Source: Squalus acanthias (lineage: Eukaryota). From it: 64,000 nucleotides of DNA. The notes under the pieces are model-generated. The model searched no databases and was not told where the DNA came from. It worked only from the letters and a program-made list of their open reading frames with translations. Where the stretch lies: positions 1,178,001 through 1,242,000 of the forward strand of contig JASTWF010000034.1 of NCBI GenBank assembly GCA_030390025.1, read 5' to 3'. The position numbers and the translations under genes were made by a program. This document shows, piece by piece, positions 62,361-64,000 of this stretch; within the stretch, counting starts at the first letter, position 1, and the number at the start of each line of letters is the position of its first letter.

Positions 62361-64000
62361 GGAGGGGTGTGGGTTATATCAGTGTTACAGTGAGGGGTGT
62401 GGGGTATATCAGTGTTACAGTGAGCGGTCTGGGGTATATCAGTGTTACAGTGAGGGGTGTGGGGTATATCAGTGTGCGTGAGGGGTATATCAAAGTTACT
62501 GTGAGGGGTGTGGGGTATATCAGTGTTACACTGAGGCATGTGGGGTATATCAGTGTTACAGTGAGGGGTGTGGGGTATTTCAGTGTTACAGTGAGGGGTG
62601 TGGGGTATATCAGTGTTACAGTGACGGGTGTGGGGAATATCAGTGTTACAGTGAGGGATGTGGGGTATAGCAGTGTTACAGTGAGAGGTGTGGGATATAT
62701 CAGTGTTACAGTGAGGGGTGCGTGGTATATCAGTGTTACAGTGAGGGGTGTGGGGTATATCAGTGTTACAGTGAGGGGTGTGGGGTATATCAGTGTTAGT
62801 GAGGGGTGTGGGGTATATCAGTGTTACATTGAGGTGTGTGGGCTATATCAGTGTTACAGTGAGGGGTGTGGGGTATATCAGTGTTACAGTGAGGGGTGTG
62901 GGGTATATCAGTGTTAGTGAGGGGTGTGGGTTATATCAGTGTTACAGTGAGGGGTGTGGGGTATATCAGTGTTACAGTGAGGGGTGTGGGGTATATCAGT
63001 GTTACAGTGAGGGGTGTGGGGTATATCAGTGTGCGTGAGGGGTATATCAAAGATACTGTGAGGGGTGTGGGGTATATCAGTGTTACACTGAGGCATGTGG
63101 GGTATATCAGAGTTACAGTGAGGGGTGTGTGGTATTTCAGTGTTACAGTGAGGGATGTGGGGTATATCAGTGTTACAGTGACGGGTGTGGGGAATATCAG
63201 TGTTACAGTGTGGGGTGTGGGGTATATCAGTGTTACAGTGAGAGGTGTGGTGTATATCAGTGTTACAGTGAGGGGTGTGTGGTATATCAGTGTTACAGTG
63301 AGGGGTGTGGGGTATATCAGTGTTACAGTGAGGGGTGTGGGGTATATCAGTGTTAGTGAGGGGTGTGGGGTATATCAGTGTTACATTGAGGGGTGTGGGC
63401 TATATCAGTGTTACAGTGAGGTGTGTGGGGTATATCAGTGTTACAGTGAGGGGTGTGGGGTATATCAGTGTTACAGTGAGGGGTGTGGGGTACATCAGTA
63501 TGCGTGAGGGGTGTGGGATATATCAGTGTTGCATTGAGTGGTGTGGGGTATATCAGTGTTACAGTGAGGGGTGTGGGGTATATCAGTGTTACAGTGAGGG
63601 GTGTGGGGTATATCAGTGTTAGTGAGGGGTGTGGTGTATATCAGTGTTACAGTGAGGGGTGTGGGCTATATCAGTGTTACAGTGAGGGGTGTGGGGTATA
63701 TCAGTGTTACAGTGAGGGGTGTGGGGTATATCAGTGTTACAGTGAGGGGTGTGGGGTACATCAGTGTGCGTGAGGGGTGTGGGATATATCAGTCTTACAG
63801 TGAGGGGTGTGGGGTATATCAGTGTTACAGTGAGGGGTGTGGGGTATATCAATGTTACGGTGAGGGGTGTGGGTTATATCAGTGTTACAGTGAGGGGTGT
63901 GGGGTATATCAGTGTTACAGTGAGGGGTGTGGGGTATATCAGTGTTACAGTGAGGGTTGTGGGGTATATCAGTGTGCGTGAGGGGTATATAAAAGTTACT
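62361..64000. repeat. 30-bp minisatellite, G-rich orientation, running off the window end
   Basis: Unit tgttacagtgaggggtgtggggtatatcag. Confidence 0.95.

Noticed and set aside
60404..64000. Cys/Gly/Tyr-rich ORFs resembling keratin-associated proteins
   Set aside because: Translations of a 30-bp minisatellite open in several frames and broken by 2-nt unit variants.

Overview
Repeat-dense vertebrate genomic DNA, very probably from a shark or ray (HE1 V-SINE, Deu-domain tRNA SINEs, esterase-ORF1 CR1 LINEs, a GPR139-like receptor). I found no intact protein-coding gene. Host-derived content is (i) a two-exon GPR139-like class A GPCR (exon 1 16841-16931, exon 2 28045-28945) with a frameshift after TM5, (ii) a decayed C2H2 zinc-finger exon (61656-62352, minus) between oppositely oriented minisatellite arrays, and (iii) a duplicated ~0.7 kb module with an unidentified 171-nt exon-like segment. 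The 11 kb GPCR intron holds a decayed PIF/Harbinger transposon with convergent Myb/SANT and DDE transposase genes. The rest is nested CR1, L2/Crack and RTE LINEs, SINEs, Penelope-like terminal-repeat fragments and many tandem repeats (27, 30, 31, 33, 40, 51, 67, 75 and 79 bp units). The most notable hidden signal is eight minimal hammerhead-ribozyme motifs in two Penelope-like families, with compensatory changes in all three stems. One sits in a non-coding 513-bp element with a 14-bp target duplication that is an almost perfect 230-bp-arm hairpin carrying a hammerhead motif on each strand. Family names come from motif recognition by eye, not from database searches, and repeat boundaries are approximate.
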